Positions 19,832 to 28,695 of a DNA stretch of 64,000 nucleotides are shown here, piece after piece (position 1 is the stretch's first letter; every line of letters begins with the position of its first letter). Source of the stretch: a virus (Duplodnaviria; Caudoviricetes); the IMG/VR virus record IMGVR_UViG_3300020048_000007, positions 128,001-192,000 of that record, one strand, 5' to 3'. The notes beneath the pieces are model-generated. The model did not search any database, was not told the origin of the DNA, and saw only the letters and a program-made list of their open reading frames with translations. The translations under genes and the position numbers were made by a program.

Positions 19832-20435
19832 GAACCTGAATCTCTTCAGCCATCGGAGGTAGCTCAGCGGGCCTCACAGCAATATCAGCATTCAACGTCT
19901 CTACATTACAGGTGAAATAAATCCAAGTGTATCGAAAATTCCCAGAAGGAGAAGCGTTTATGACCCTATAATTGCTCGGTGATCTGTCCTGCATAGCAGC
20001 ATTGAATGGCAACTGGATCACATCTCCAGTACGCAGCATCCTGTCACCGAATAGACCATATATCTGTCGATGGCTAAAAACCACTTCTGCTTTATTGACA
20101 GAATCGGCACCCCACTTCTTCAATTCAGTCTCTATGGGAGAAGGCTTAAAGAACGCCTTGAGCAGCTCAGAAGTCCAATAAGTGGGATCAGCATCTTCAT
20201 CCCAAACCACATCATAATCAGCGTTATCAGTGCGGACGAATACTTTCACCTCTGCGCCACTGATATTGATCATCTCATCAGCTAAAGTTCTAGCTGTCTT
20301 TATCTCAGGAGCTTCAGAATTGAAAATCGATAGGGACGAATTTTGTTTTTCCGTGTCTGATCTAAAGTCAGGAGCGGCTTCGTCAAACGAGCCCTGTGAC
20401 CCAAGCATGTCAGATCCAAACTGATAAATAGACAT
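19800..20435 (-). CDS. Neck / head-closure protein, T4 gp14-like
   Basis: DEMINISGAEVKVF...VVWDEDADPTY...ELKKWG...RTGDVI pattern; neck position. Confidence 0.65.
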   Translation of the reverse strand: MSIYQFGSDMLGSQGSFDEAAPDFRSDTEKQNSSLSIFNSEAPEIKTARTLADEMINISGAEVKVFVRTDNADYDVVWDEDADPTYWTSELLKAFFKPSPIETELKKWGADSVNKAEVVFSHRQIYGLFGDRMLRTGDVIQLPFNAAMQDRSPSNYRVINASPSGNFRYTWIYFTCNVETLNADIAVRPAELPPMAEEIQVHANGAYRESI

Positions 20436-20463
20436 GAGAAACTCCCTCTGGAGTATCTTTAAA

Positions 20464-20961
20464 TTACGATTTTATCTGCCAAGGAGGGATTGGGGGCAAT
20501 ATGCCACCGAGAAGCAAGCCAGCCTGCACATCAGTTACGTAGGGACTTTGTTCCGGGCTTGGTATGTCTTTAAAATCAGGAGAAGGACAAAAACCTGTAT
20601 CATTCATTTTACAATAATCAAAGCTCTCAGTCACAGTCTGATCTTCTACAGCCAAACTACGCAAAATTGCATAATAATCAATAAGATTATTACAGGGACA
20701 ATCTCTAGATTGCTCTGGAAATACAAAGAACCTAGTTCTCCAGCCGCCCCTGCCCCAGTCTACCCCGTACTTAACATAAGACCCAGGTATCCCAGCAAGA
20801 GCGTCCTTTAAAACCACATAACCACTACCACATTTTAACTCATTTGCATAAGCATATGATAAAGTTCTGCTTGAAACATATGAAGTAGGCTCACACCCTG
20901 GCACAATCAGACGATTGCCCGGCAATATTTCGATTTGATGTGATTCAAAAACTTTTGACAT
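20464..20961 (-). CDS. Hypothetical protein
   Basis: 165 aa with RBS AGGAG between the two neck genes. Confidence 0.6.
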   Translation of the reverse strand: MSKVFESHQIEILPGNRLIVPGCEPTSYVSSRTLSYAYANELKCGSGYVVLKDALAGIPGSYVKYGVDWGRGGWRTRFFVFPEQSRDCPCNNLIDYYAILRSLAVEDQTVTESFDYCKMNDTGFCPSPDFKDIPSPEQSPYVTDVQAGLLLGGILPPIPPWQIKS

Positions 20962-20971
20962 CTCAGGCTCC

Positions 20972-21754
20972 TTACCACGTATGAACGCTTAGTGGTTCAC
21001 CTAAGAGAATGGCCTCATTAATGATTTCTTTTTTCTTTTCTTCACCCTCGGTTACCAGTTCACCACCATCATAACTAATGCTTCCACCATCTGGTGTTGG
21101 CATACCATTGATTTTGCGACGACCAGCGCCGAGAGCAATTCTGGCCTCTGCTGTCATCATTTCATAAGTGAGGTATCTTGCCTGCGGTGATCTAAAATGA
21201 GTCACAACTGGGATGTATTGGACAACCACCGGAAAGGCTCCCTTTGGAGTTGGGTATAACCTTATTTTTTGATCTTTTGAAGAGAGGCTATCACCGGTAC
21301 CAGTGCCTGTTCCTTCATTAATCACCTCCCAGTGACCCTCGGTGCCAAGCACTTTTTGGGAGAATTTTCTATAAGCGGCAAGAAGATGGTAATCGACAAG
21401 TATGTTTTGGATGCCAGATATATTACCTATATTGAAAAGAAATGACTCCGCCCCAAACACGTCATCTATTCTGGTTGTAAGTGGGTCCCAATTACAAGAT
21501 TGAATCCAATATGCATCTGCAGGCATTGGATACGTATTTTTCAAAGGCGTTGTATAAAACATAGCTAGCTTTTGTTCGCGTGGGAAGTATCCTGCGATAA
21601 AGTCGCCAGCGACCTTGAATATCGTTTCCCATTGATCTTCTTGGATTTCTACCGCGACATTTGGGTAGCCAAGCTTAGATAATACATATTTCTTACACGG
21701 ATCGCTATTTAATTTCAAAACAGAAGGTAAATCTTGAGGCCCGATAATAGCCAT
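20972..21754 (-). CDS. Neck / head-tail adaptor protein, T4 gp13-like
   Basis: YVLSKLGYPNVAVEIQEDQ, KIRLYPTP, C-terminal PTPDGGSISYDGGELVTEGEE, matching gp13-like adaptors. Confidence 0.75.
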   Translation of the reverse strand: MAIIGPQDLPSVLKLNSDPCKKYVLSKLGYPNVAVEIQEDQWETIFKVAGDFIAGYFPREQKLAMFYTTPLKNTYPMPADAYWIQSCNWDPLTTRIDDVFGAESFLFNIGNISGIQNILVDYHLLAAYRKFSQKVLGTEGHWEVINEGTGTGTGDSLSSKDQKIRLYPTPKGAFPVVVQYIPVVTHFRSPQARYLTYEMMTAEARIALGAGRRKINGMPTPDGGSISYDGGELVTEGEEKKKEIINEAILLGEPLSVHTW

Positions 21755-21822
21755 GGTTTTCTCCTTTTTATAATTTGAGTAGACATAATAACAGCTATCG
21801 GAGAATATATCATTTTGCGTTA

Positions 21823-22239
21823 TTATGTTTTAACGTTTTTGGGTGCTTTACCTTTTCCCTGACCACCACTTCTTTTCCGTTTAGCTGCACTTGCTTTTTC
21901 TTTGTCTGTCATATCTGCGGCTTTTGCTGATGGCACGCATTTTGGATACTTCCTGTCTGGGTTATCAGCATCTGGCCTCCCACATTCAGGGTGTTTGCCA
22001 TCTTTCTTTGCGCCGATGTCTACCCATTTTTCATTAAACCATGTGCTGAGATCTTCATTCCAGCTTGCCTGCTTCTTGCCTTTGGAGTCAGGCTGTGTGC
22101 CTTTGCATACTTGTACTGCATAACCATTAGCGTAGGCACTTGGGTATTTCTTGTATTTTCTTTTAGCGGCTTCTTTGCCACGCTTACACAGCTTCGTTTC
22201 TTCTATTAGCTTTTCATATTCAAGTGTAAAAGTTTTCAA
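21823..22239 (-). CDS. Basic hypothetical protein (PSAYA / WFxEKWVD motifs; DUF5872-like)
   Basis: Lys-rich 138 aa with YKKYPSAYANG and TWFNEKWVDI motifs, recalled from conserved phage/virus proteins of unknown function. Confidence 0.55.
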   Translation of the reverse strand: MKTFTLEYEKLIEETKLCKRGKEAAKRKYKKYPSAYANGYAVQVCKGTQPDSKGKKQASWNEDLSTWFNEKWVDIGAKKDGKHPECGRPDADNPDRKYPKCVPSAKAADMTDKEKASAAKRKRSGGQGKGKAPKNVKT

Positions 22240-22252
22240 ATCTCTGGCCTTT

Positions 22253-22780
22253 TTATCTTGGGAAATGAAAACCTCTGTTTCCGAAGATTATACCGCTGTA
22301 ATCCAGCCTGTGGACCTTTGCATTAGCGTATAACGGAAGGTTTGGTGATGCTATGACACTATCAAGCAAGGTCTTCAACGTCTTGACTTCTGCATTTATA
22401 TAAGACTTTGGAACATTAACATGTGGTGCAAATAACGAGCCAATGTTACCTTGATTAGCACTGAAGATATTAATATCTTCATTTGTAGCTAAGTTTTCAG
22501 ACGATGAGTGATAGAATCCAGTTATCATCAATTGGGCCGGGTAATCACCGAATTGTGGCTTTATTGCTGATCCAAATGCCATTTGGCTCATTGCAGAGTT
22601 ATGGAAACCTGTTGTACTATCGTATTGTCCACCGCCGGGAGCTGATATATTCAGATCATTTTCTTGGCTTAAAGCATCATAAAATTCGACGGCAAGTTTT
22701 TGCAGCGACCTTATGTGTACAAACCGCTTGCCTTGGATTGGTGTGACGCTGATATGTGCAGTAAACGGAGTCCACTTCAT
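22253..22780 (-). CDS. Hypothetical (probable virion) protein
   Basis: 175 aa with RBS GGAGG and AAAAATAC element upstream. Confidence 0.6.
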   Translation of the reverse strand: MKWTPFTAHISVTPIQGKRFVHIRSLQKLAVEFYDALSQENDLNISAPGGGQYDSTTGFHNSAMSQMAFGSAIKPQFGDYPAQLMITGFYHSSSENLATNEDINIFSANQGNIGSLFAPHVNVPKSYINAEVKTLKTLLDSVIASPNLPLYANAKVHRLDYSGIIFGNRGFHFPR

Positions 22781-22804
22781 CTTTCATTTCCTCCGTTTGT
22801 ATTT

Positions 22805-23185
22805 TTAATCCCAAGTTATTTCTACTAATTCTTCGGGAATAACCTCTACGACATCCGAAGGCAACTTAAAACCATCTAACTCTACGTGCCAGTCATCTTC
22901 TTTCACATAAGCCATTGTTCCTGAATCATTTGTCTTGCATTTATAGCCTATACAGTGCACTATCTGAGGTTCAGCACCTAATTGCATTGCGACTCTGCGT
23001 CTATAGAAGACGATCTGTCCCGGTTTTAGCTTTATTGTGAGTATTTTCTTAGTGGATGAGGCTACTAAAGATATTTCTGTTAGATTATGTCTGCTCATCT
23101 TCTCGAGTGGGACACCACCCATTTGTGTCACGTATTGCCCGTCTGCGTATCTCGCAAGCCATACTAGTCGCATCTTATACACCAC
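22805..23185 (-). CDS. Hypothetical protein
   Basis: 126 aa with RBS GAGG; beta-rich. Confidence 0.6.
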   Translation of the reverse strand: MVYKMRLVWLARYADGQYVTQMGGVPLEKMSRHNLTEISLVASSTKKILTIKLKPGQIVFYRRRVAMQLGAEPQIVHCIGYKCKTNDSGTMAYVKEDDWHVELDGFKLPSDVVEVIPEELVEITWD

Positions 23186-23771
23186 CTATCTCAGAAAGAC
23201 CAAGAGACTCCAAGACATCCCCAAAAGTGCATAACTCGCCAATCTTATCGAAACCCACAATATTACTGTTTACAGCAATGTTGCTTAAAAAATCACATCT
23301 CACATAATATAATAGAATCGCTCCGCCAGCCTCCGTGCCCCCCAGCAATTCCATGGCCGCTAGACTCTCCCTCATCCCCTCAGTAGCAGCCAAAGACAAA
23401 CCCCAATACAAGTCACCGTTACTTTTCGCAAGACTCACATTAAATACAGCACCAGGCAGCAGTTGCCCAGCAATCCCATCATACTGAGCCTTAACAGCAT
23501 CGACGCACACCATATGGTATTGATAAGGAGTAACTGTAGAAGCATCTTCCAAGTCAACGTGGCTACCAGCTATCGCAGCCGCCTCAGATGCTATCCTAGC
23601 TTGGGTTATCTCATAAGCAGTAACATGTTCCTGAAGAAAATTCCTTAAGATCTTATTAACGAACGCCTCGATTGTCTCGCCAGAATCACTAGACCAGCCG
23701 TGATTGGCAGCAACCGCGTTAAACACACGGTCAGTATCAGCATCAGAAATATACACAGAAAGAACAGCCAT
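23175..23771 (-). CDS. Hypothetical protein
   Basis: 198 aa ORF with consistent codon bias. Confidence 0.6.
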   Translation of the reverse strand: MAVLSVYISDADTDRVFNAVAANHGWSSDSGETIEAFVNKILRNFLQEHVTAYEITQARIASEAAAIAGSHVDLEDASTVTPYQYHMVCVDAVKAQYDGIAGQLLPGAVFNVSLAKSNGDLYWGLSLAATEGMRESLAAMELLGGTEAGGAILLYYVRCDFLSNIAVNSNIVGFDKIGELCTFGDVLESLGLSEIGGV

Positions 23772-23815
23772 TATTTCACAAGCCTTTCGACAAGAACTTC
23801 ATGCGTCGACCTCTT

Positions 23816-23842
23816 ATAAAAGTACCCCGCCATTTCTGGCGG
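23816..23842 (-). terminator. Possible intrinsic terminator
   Basis: 6-bp GC stem ccgcca/tggcgg with 4-nt loop; T run begins about 5 nt downstream on the minus strand. Confidence 0.35.
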
Positions 23843-23851
23843 AGCCATTTG

Positions 23852-24145
23852 TTAGAACGTATATTCTTCGAGATAATCGTGGCTGTTTATAGAGTTAAGA
23901 GCATTATCAGACGCTAATTTAGAGGCATATTCTTCGTCTGTCATCACATCCCAAGAACAAACCCAAAGACAATAACCTTGCTTGCCATGCCCATCGCAAC
24001 TGTGCACACCTACTGGTGTGTCGAATTCGATACCAACTTGCTTCGCAGCACTGCTGGTGAGAACTACGACCGTCGCTTGAACCGGCGTTGGTGTGCCTTG
24101 ACCAACAAGCCACATCCTATCACCTTTGCGAATCGTGCGTGCCAT
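23852..24145 (-). CDS. Small SH3-fold protein with CAP-Gly-like motif
   Basis: KGDRM...VGIEFDTPVGVHSCDG resembles the GVELDxPxGKNDG CAP-Gly signature. Confidence 0.5.
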   Translation of the reverse strand: MARTIRKGDRMWLVGQGTPTPVQATVVVLTSSAAKQVGIEFDTPVGVHSCDGHGKQGYCLWVCSWDVMTDEEYASKLASDNALNSINSHDYLEEYTF

Positions 24146-24162
24146 TGCTAATCCTCAGATTC

Positions 24163-24726
24163 TCAAGTTTCGTCGTAGAGCCACGTGAAGGTTGCAGATC
24201 CAGTAGCACCAGGTTGAGCAGTTGTTCCAACACTCAGCTGATAAACGACATAATTTCCGAACTGTGCGGGTGTAGCCGAACCAAAAGTGATCGATCCCGT
24301 CACCGGAAACGATGGCGAACCACCAACATTGTATACAAATGGGTCGACAGGAGCAGCCAACAATGCCGTATGATTAACAAGCGTTAATTGAGTCCCGCTT
24401 GTTCCTACTGTGCCCCCAGCTTGGTGATATGTTGTAGACTGATTAAAAATAGCGGCCACACCAGTGCCAAAGTTATTGGCCCCGTTCGTATACCATCGAA
24501 TATTGTTGATAGTACCTGCGGGATTTGTGTAAGCTATAAGGCGAGTTGAAACCCAGTAGCTGTAATTAGTGCCAGCTGCGGGAATACGAACCGGATTGCT
24601 ACTTGTTGTCGCCACAGAGTAATGGTTATCGTCAGCGTTAGCCACCGTATTGCCACCACTAATCTCAGCTGTAACCTGTGAGGCGCCTGTATTCGTGATC
24701 CTAACTATACCAATATTCGCGGCCAT
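24163..24726 (-). CDS. Probable virion structural protein
   Basis: 187 aa, Thr/Gly/Asn/Ala-rich beta protein (NPVRIPAAGTNYSYW); strong RBS AAGGAGG. Confidence 0.55.
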   Translation of the reverse strand: MAANIGIVRITNTGASQVTAEISGGNTVANADDNHYSVATTSSNPVRIPAAGTNYSYWVSTRLIAYTNPAGTINNIRWYTNGANNFGTGVAAIFNQSTTYHQAGGTVGTSGTQLTLVNHTALLAAPVDPFVYNVGGSPSFPVTGSITFGSATPAQFGNYVVYQLSVGTTAQPGATGSATFTWLYDET

Positions 24727-24748
24727 TCAATCCTCCTTTAGGCATATC

Positions 24749-24782
24749 AAAAAAGCAAGAAGGGGCACATTTGTGCCCCTTC
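24749..24782 (-). terminator. Intrinsic terminator
   Basis: Perfect 10-bp stem gaaggggcac/gtgccccttc with 4-nt loop, then TTGCTTTTTT on the minus strand. Confidence 0.8.
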
Positions 24783-24789
24783 ACTTTGA

Positions 24790-25203
24790 TTAGTCGACGT
24801 CAGCGTAGGCAGTCAGAGCTGTCTTGGCATCTTTGAACAGATCATTTGCCAGAACGGTGGCAGAAGTGTTCTTGAGGAACCTGTCGCTACCGATTTGGAA
24901 AGCGAAGTCTTCACCCGTCATGTTTTCGATGCCAGCAGTCAAGCTCAGTTGCTTGAACGTACCGACCACGATTGGAAATCCACGGCTGCTACCAGCTGCA
25001 GCCTGGCCCATGTATGGGCTGAAATCCTTAGTAGCTGTGTCGCGCGTCAAGACACCTGCCGTAATTTCCGAGCCAGGTATCACAAGAACCAACGGACGCA
25101 GGTTCTTAATGATGGCCGCTACGGAGTCGTAACGAGAAATGTTACGGCGAGTTCTTAGCGTACGAAAGACCGAAATGCTGGTGTTTAATGGTTGTGCGGA
25201 CAT
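24790..25203 (-). CDS. Probable abundant virion protein (137 aa)
   Basis: RBS GGAGG; C-ending codon bias similar to the sheath gene; bounded by terminators on both sides. Confidence 0.55.
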   Translation of the reverse strand: MSAQPLNTSISVFRTLRTRRNISRYDSVAAIIKNLRPLVLVIPGSEITAGVLTRDTATKDFSPYMGQAAAGSSRGFPIVVGTFKQLSLTAGIENMTGEDFAFQIGSDRFLKNTSATVLANDLFKDAKTALTAYADVD

Positions 25204-25250
25204 GATAAACCTCCGTTAGTTTGTACCCAACAGTCAATTTATTTTTGCAT

Positions 25251-25288
25251 AATAAAAATAAGACCCAGGTTCCTAAAAACCTGAGCCT
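25251..25288 (-). terminator. Intrinsic terminator
   Basis: Minus-strand AGGCTCAGGTT-loop-AACCTGGGTCT (11 bp with two G-U pairs that only work on this strand), followed by TATTTTTATT. Confidence 0.75.
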
Positions 25289-25317
25289 AGAACAATCAAT
25301 ATATCAGATATGTTTGC

Positions 25318-25614
25318 TCACTCGCAAGAAGTACAACCGACGTGTACCTTCTTCTTGAACAACCCACCAAGAAGACTTCGCTTAGCCTTATGAGGAACGG
25401 CCTCAACGACCTCTTCCTTATAACCAACCACTACAGTCTCCTTTACAGTGATTTGCTTTTCACGAACCTCAGTGACAGGAACCCGTTTGATCAAAACAGG
25501 CTTCTTAACCACCACAGTCTCTTCGACATATGCAACGGAATACTGGGGACAACAATCACCAGCTACAGCAGTCGAAGAACCAGCCAACAGCAGCAATGCA
25601 GCAAAACTCTTCAT
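25318..25614 (-). CDS. Small secreted Cys-flanked protein with signal peptide
   Basis: MKSFAALLLLAGSSTAVA is a classic Sec signal peptide; mature part GDCC...Val/Glu/Lys repeats...GCTSCE; RBS GGAG. Confidence 0.65.
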   Translation of the reverse strand: MKSFAALLLLAGSSTAVAGDCCPQYSVAYVEETVVVKKPVLIKRVPVTEVREKQITVKETVVVGYKEEVVEAVPHKAKRSLLGGLFKKKVHVGCTSCE

Positions 25615-25686
25615 GGGAATCTCCTAAAATGTCGTGAAACATCAATCAACTGGTCTCACTGAAAATATAATACTAGGAAGAAACAC

Positions 25687-26232
25687 ATGAAACTAATACA
25701 AATATCTGAAGCTAAAGATGCCCACATAATAAAACACCAAAGCGAAGCCATAGGAAAGTTAAAAACCTACATAACGAAATATAAAAACCAAAAAGCGATG
25801 AAAGCGATAGAGAAAATATTCAGTGATCCGGATATCAGCACTTGGAAACAAAACTCCTGGATTGTCACTGACACGATCAATAACCTAGAAAAAGATCAAA
25901 AACTAGACCAAACAGAAAAACAGAGTGCCATAGCACAGCTTAAAACTATACTGACAACACCACCAGCAATTGTAATATCATCGCTTTATAGCATTCCTAA
26001 AGAACAATTAAAAGATACCGCTCTTAAAAACTTAAATCTAAGCCCCTCCGAAAACAAAAGACTTAAAAAGGGCTTAGGACCTCAAGGATATATCGCAGCG
26101 TTATCCTCAGCAGACAATATGCGAAGTAGCACCTTAAAGAAAACGCTATTAGACATTTCCAAAAACAGCGACTCAACATCTCAATCAATAAGACAGTCAA
26201 TACCAGGCGTCAATATCGTTAAAGACTTCTAA
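25687..26232 (+). CDS. Hypothetical protein with MKLIQISE leader
   Basis: 181 aa Lys-rich ORF, RBS AGGA, strong A/C third-position bias. Confidence 0.65.
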   Translation: MKLIQISEAKDAHIIKHQSEAIGKLKTYITKYKNQKAMKAIEKIFSDPDISTWKQNSWIVTDTINNLEKDQKLDQTEKQSAIAQLKTILTTPPAIVISSLYSIPKEQLKDTALKNLNLSPSENKRLKKGLGPQGYIAALSSADNMRSSTLKKTLLDISKNSDSTSQSIRQSIPGVNIVKDF

Positions 26233-26770
26233 ATATTTCTCTAAGATCATCAATATTAATGCCTTCAAAATCTATATAAGCATGGTTATTGCATTTCATA
26301 AACAGAAAAAGCATATCAACCTCTTGTATCCTATCAGGCATCCCCACAATATCAAAACCGAGTACCTTACTGAAATCATGTAACGACTTACGGCGAGCAT
26401 CATCGAATATCTCATAAATGAAAGATTCTTCCTCATTCATAAAGCTGCGATAAATGCGGTATAATTTATAAGCACAAACTGGGTCGGGCCGGTTAGTATT
26501 AAAACTGCCATGAAATTCATACCTAGATCTGAATATCTCAAGATTTTTGTATAAATCATAGTCCTCAAGACACACTATCGGCTCGCATTCATATGCGATC
26601 GATAATTTAGATCTAAAATCAAAAGTCCGTCGCGCGATATAAGATTCACAATCATCCGCAAATCGTAATTTATCGCCAACAGCCAAAACATCATCGTGTT
26701 TTAAAGTGATGAAAAAACTGACGAAATCTTTGTTCGTCTCTATTGTTATACAAACACAGCTTTCATTCAT
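26219..26770 (-). CDS. Hypothetical protein
   Basis: ORF track 26219-26797; start moved to ATG 26770 behind GGAG. Confidence 0.6.
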   Translation of the reverse strand: MNESCVCITIETNKDFVSFFITLKHDDVLAVGDKLRFADDCESYIARRTFDFRSKLSIAYECEPIVCLEDYDLYKNLEIFRSRYEFHGSFNTNRPDPVCAYKLYRIYRSFMNEEESFIYEIFDDARRKSLHDFSKVLGFDIVGMPDRIQEVDMLFLFMKCNNHAYIDFEGINIDDLREIFRSL

Positions 26771-26835
26771 ACTTGTATCTCCATTTAGTGTTACCACGAT
26801 ATGTAATTAAAATACATCATCAAACGGCGAGAAAA

Positions 26836-27141
26836 ATGGAAGAAAATCAGACTATAACACTAAAAAGACGAGTCTCGACAGACTTCATAGAGTCACTGCC
26901 ACAAGATATACTGGACATTAACGTTAAAATGTATCTGGTGGTAAAAAGAAAGCAGACCCAAGACTGTGAATATGGCGTAGACGCTAGAATAGATCCATGC
27001 GAACTAAACCTCAAAAATAAAATCATTAGCTTCACCATCAATAAGAAATATAATCCAGGCATAGAGTCTTTTGATGATCTAGAGCCAACATTTTTTGAAT
27101 CAGCACAAGCAGCATTCACAATTTTTTGCTATTCATTGTGA
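26836..27141 (+). CDS. Hypothetical protein
   Basis: ORF track 26743-27141; start moved to MEENQ at 26836 so it does not overlap the divergent gene. Confidence 0.5.
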   Translation: MEENQTITLKRRVSTDFIESLPQDILDINVKMYLVVKRKQTQDCEYGVDARIDPCELNLKNKIISFTINKKYNPGIESFDDLEPTFFESAQAAFTIFCYSL

Positions 27142-27874
27142 TAACCTTTGGCTTCACATTCAAGAACCTGCTTGGTCTTACCGCGTGATCCTCAGATCTG
27201 CACCAAAAAGCGGTAGTGTAAACAGACACAGTAAGCTGAGCCAAATAAATACCCAATAACCTTTCCACAAATTTTTCCGTCCACATACCAGTATCTCGCA
27301 CTTTCATCTTCTCAACCACAAGCAATAATTTATAACCCAAAACATCCAACACCTGCCTAGTGCACATAAATTGACAATCGATAATCATCCTGGGCTTGGA
27401 ATCAAAAGCGTAATTATATGCTTCGGCATCGTATTTCCGAATCATTTCCCAAATGTGGGTATTCACATCAAAAGAATTCTCTGAATACAGATCAAAATAG
27501 CGAAAATCATCAGCCAGCACCAGGTCGTTATTAGACTTAAGACATGACGCTATACCAAGTGACGTGTCCTCATCAATGACCTCCAATAGCCCATCCCAAG
27601 TCTCGTTAGCGCTCCTCTGCATTATTGACCGACCATTCAAAAATGCAACATGGTTGTTTCCTATTAATTGATCAGCATGCTCCCAAACAGTGAGAATAGT
27701 GCTCGCGTTGCCTATCACAGAGCTCCATGCAGAATATGTTGGGTAAAAATCTGACTTGGCTATATAATCAGCATCTACGTTAAAGTCGTCAGATATTTTT
27801 ATATCTTCTACAGCGTCATGTCGTTCGATTTCTCGAAACCCTTCCGAATCCGAGAATCTTATAAGTTTTATCAT
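27116..27874 (-). CDS. Glycosyltransferase-like protein (DUF4422-like)
   Basis: C-terminal CQFMCTRQVLD...LL...KFVERLLGIYL resembles the FxxxxxxF...ERL pattern of DUF4422; end of GT operon. Confidence 0.4.
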   Translation of the reverse strand: MIKLIRFSDSEGFREIERHDAVEDIKISDDFNVDADYIAKSDFYPTYSAWSSVIGNASTILTVWEHADQLIGNNHVAFLNGRSIMQRSANETWDGLLEVIDEDTSLGIASCLKSNNDLVLADDFRYFDLYSENSFDVNTHIWEMIRKYDAEAYNYAFDSKPRMIIDCQFMCTRQVLDVLGYKLLLVVEKMKVRDTGMWTEKFVERLLGIYLAQLTVSVYTTAFWCRSEDHAVRPSRFLNVKPKVITMNSKKL

Positions 27875-28695
27875 TTTGATATCAGCCCTGAATATTTCAC
27901 ACCCAAAACTTGTACTTCTATCCCATCGTCCGATTTTAGCCTGAATCCTATTTGGCTAGACACCTCTCCAAATAGATTCCAATTCATGTGCGTTGTCAAT
28001 AGCTCTGGAAATGCGGCGCTCCATTTTGTATACAAGTATCTAAGAATCTTCCAATATTTGTTATTCTTTCCCATGCTAGTGGAATACTTACCATAGTGTA
28101 TAATAGGAATGTCTGCAGAATAAACATTATATCCAGCCTTCCTAGCCTGCAGACTGTAGTCAATACCATAAAAATGAAATCCATCTAAACTCTCATCGAA
28201 CTTTAATTTTATATCTTTTGATACAGCAAAAAAGCATTCGTCTATACAGTGTACTACTGTTGCCTCTTTTACCCCATTCCAATATGGCGCTTTGCCCACA
28301 AATTCATCATCATCATTATAAACAGTGCCAACAGCTAATCTTTGATTTATTTGTGTCTTGCCACCCCAGCTGCCTATATCAAGAGAACCATATTTTAGAT
28401 CAATCCCAGCTGCACCTATAATTTTAATATCCTTAGTGAATAATTTATCTAATTTTTCTAAGCTCCCGGGCAGCAACGCAATGTCTTGGTGGGCATATAT
28501 TATGTAGTCTCCTCTAGCCACTTCTCTACCAGCATTTAAAGCCTGGCTAGCATTATAAATTCCACTATAATTAAATATAGGAACGTATTCAATGTCTAGT
28601 CTTTTTTGCTTCTTTATCGACTTCAGAAGACAATCATTAAAAATCTCTTTGTCACTTATACAGCAAACCACCGAATATTTTATGCTCTTCTTCAA
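27871..28695 (-). CDS. GT-A fold glycosyltransferase (GT2-like)
   Basis: YNASQALNAGREVARGDYIIYAHQDI, IIGAAG, IDECFF, FHFYGIDYSLQA. Confidence 0.85.
   Translation of the reverse strand: MKKSIKYSVVCCISDKEIFNDCLLKSIKKQKRLDIEYVPIFNYSGIYNASQALNAGREVARGDYIIYAHQDIALLPGSLEKLDKLFTKDIKIIGAAGIDLKYGSLDIGSWGGKTQINQRLAVGTVYNDDDEFVGKAPYWNGVKEATVVHCIDECFFAVSKDIKLKFDESLDGFHFYGIDYSLQARKAGYNVYSADIPIIHYGKYSTSMGKNNKYWKILRYLYTKWSAAFPELLTTHMNWNLFGEVSSQIGFRLKSDDGIEVQVLGVKYSGLISK

Noticed and set aside
26847-27119. Minus-strand 90-aa ORF as the real gene
   Set aside because: The overlapping plus-strand frame has the A/C third-position bias and globular composition of neighbouring plus-strand genes; the minus frame looks like its shadow
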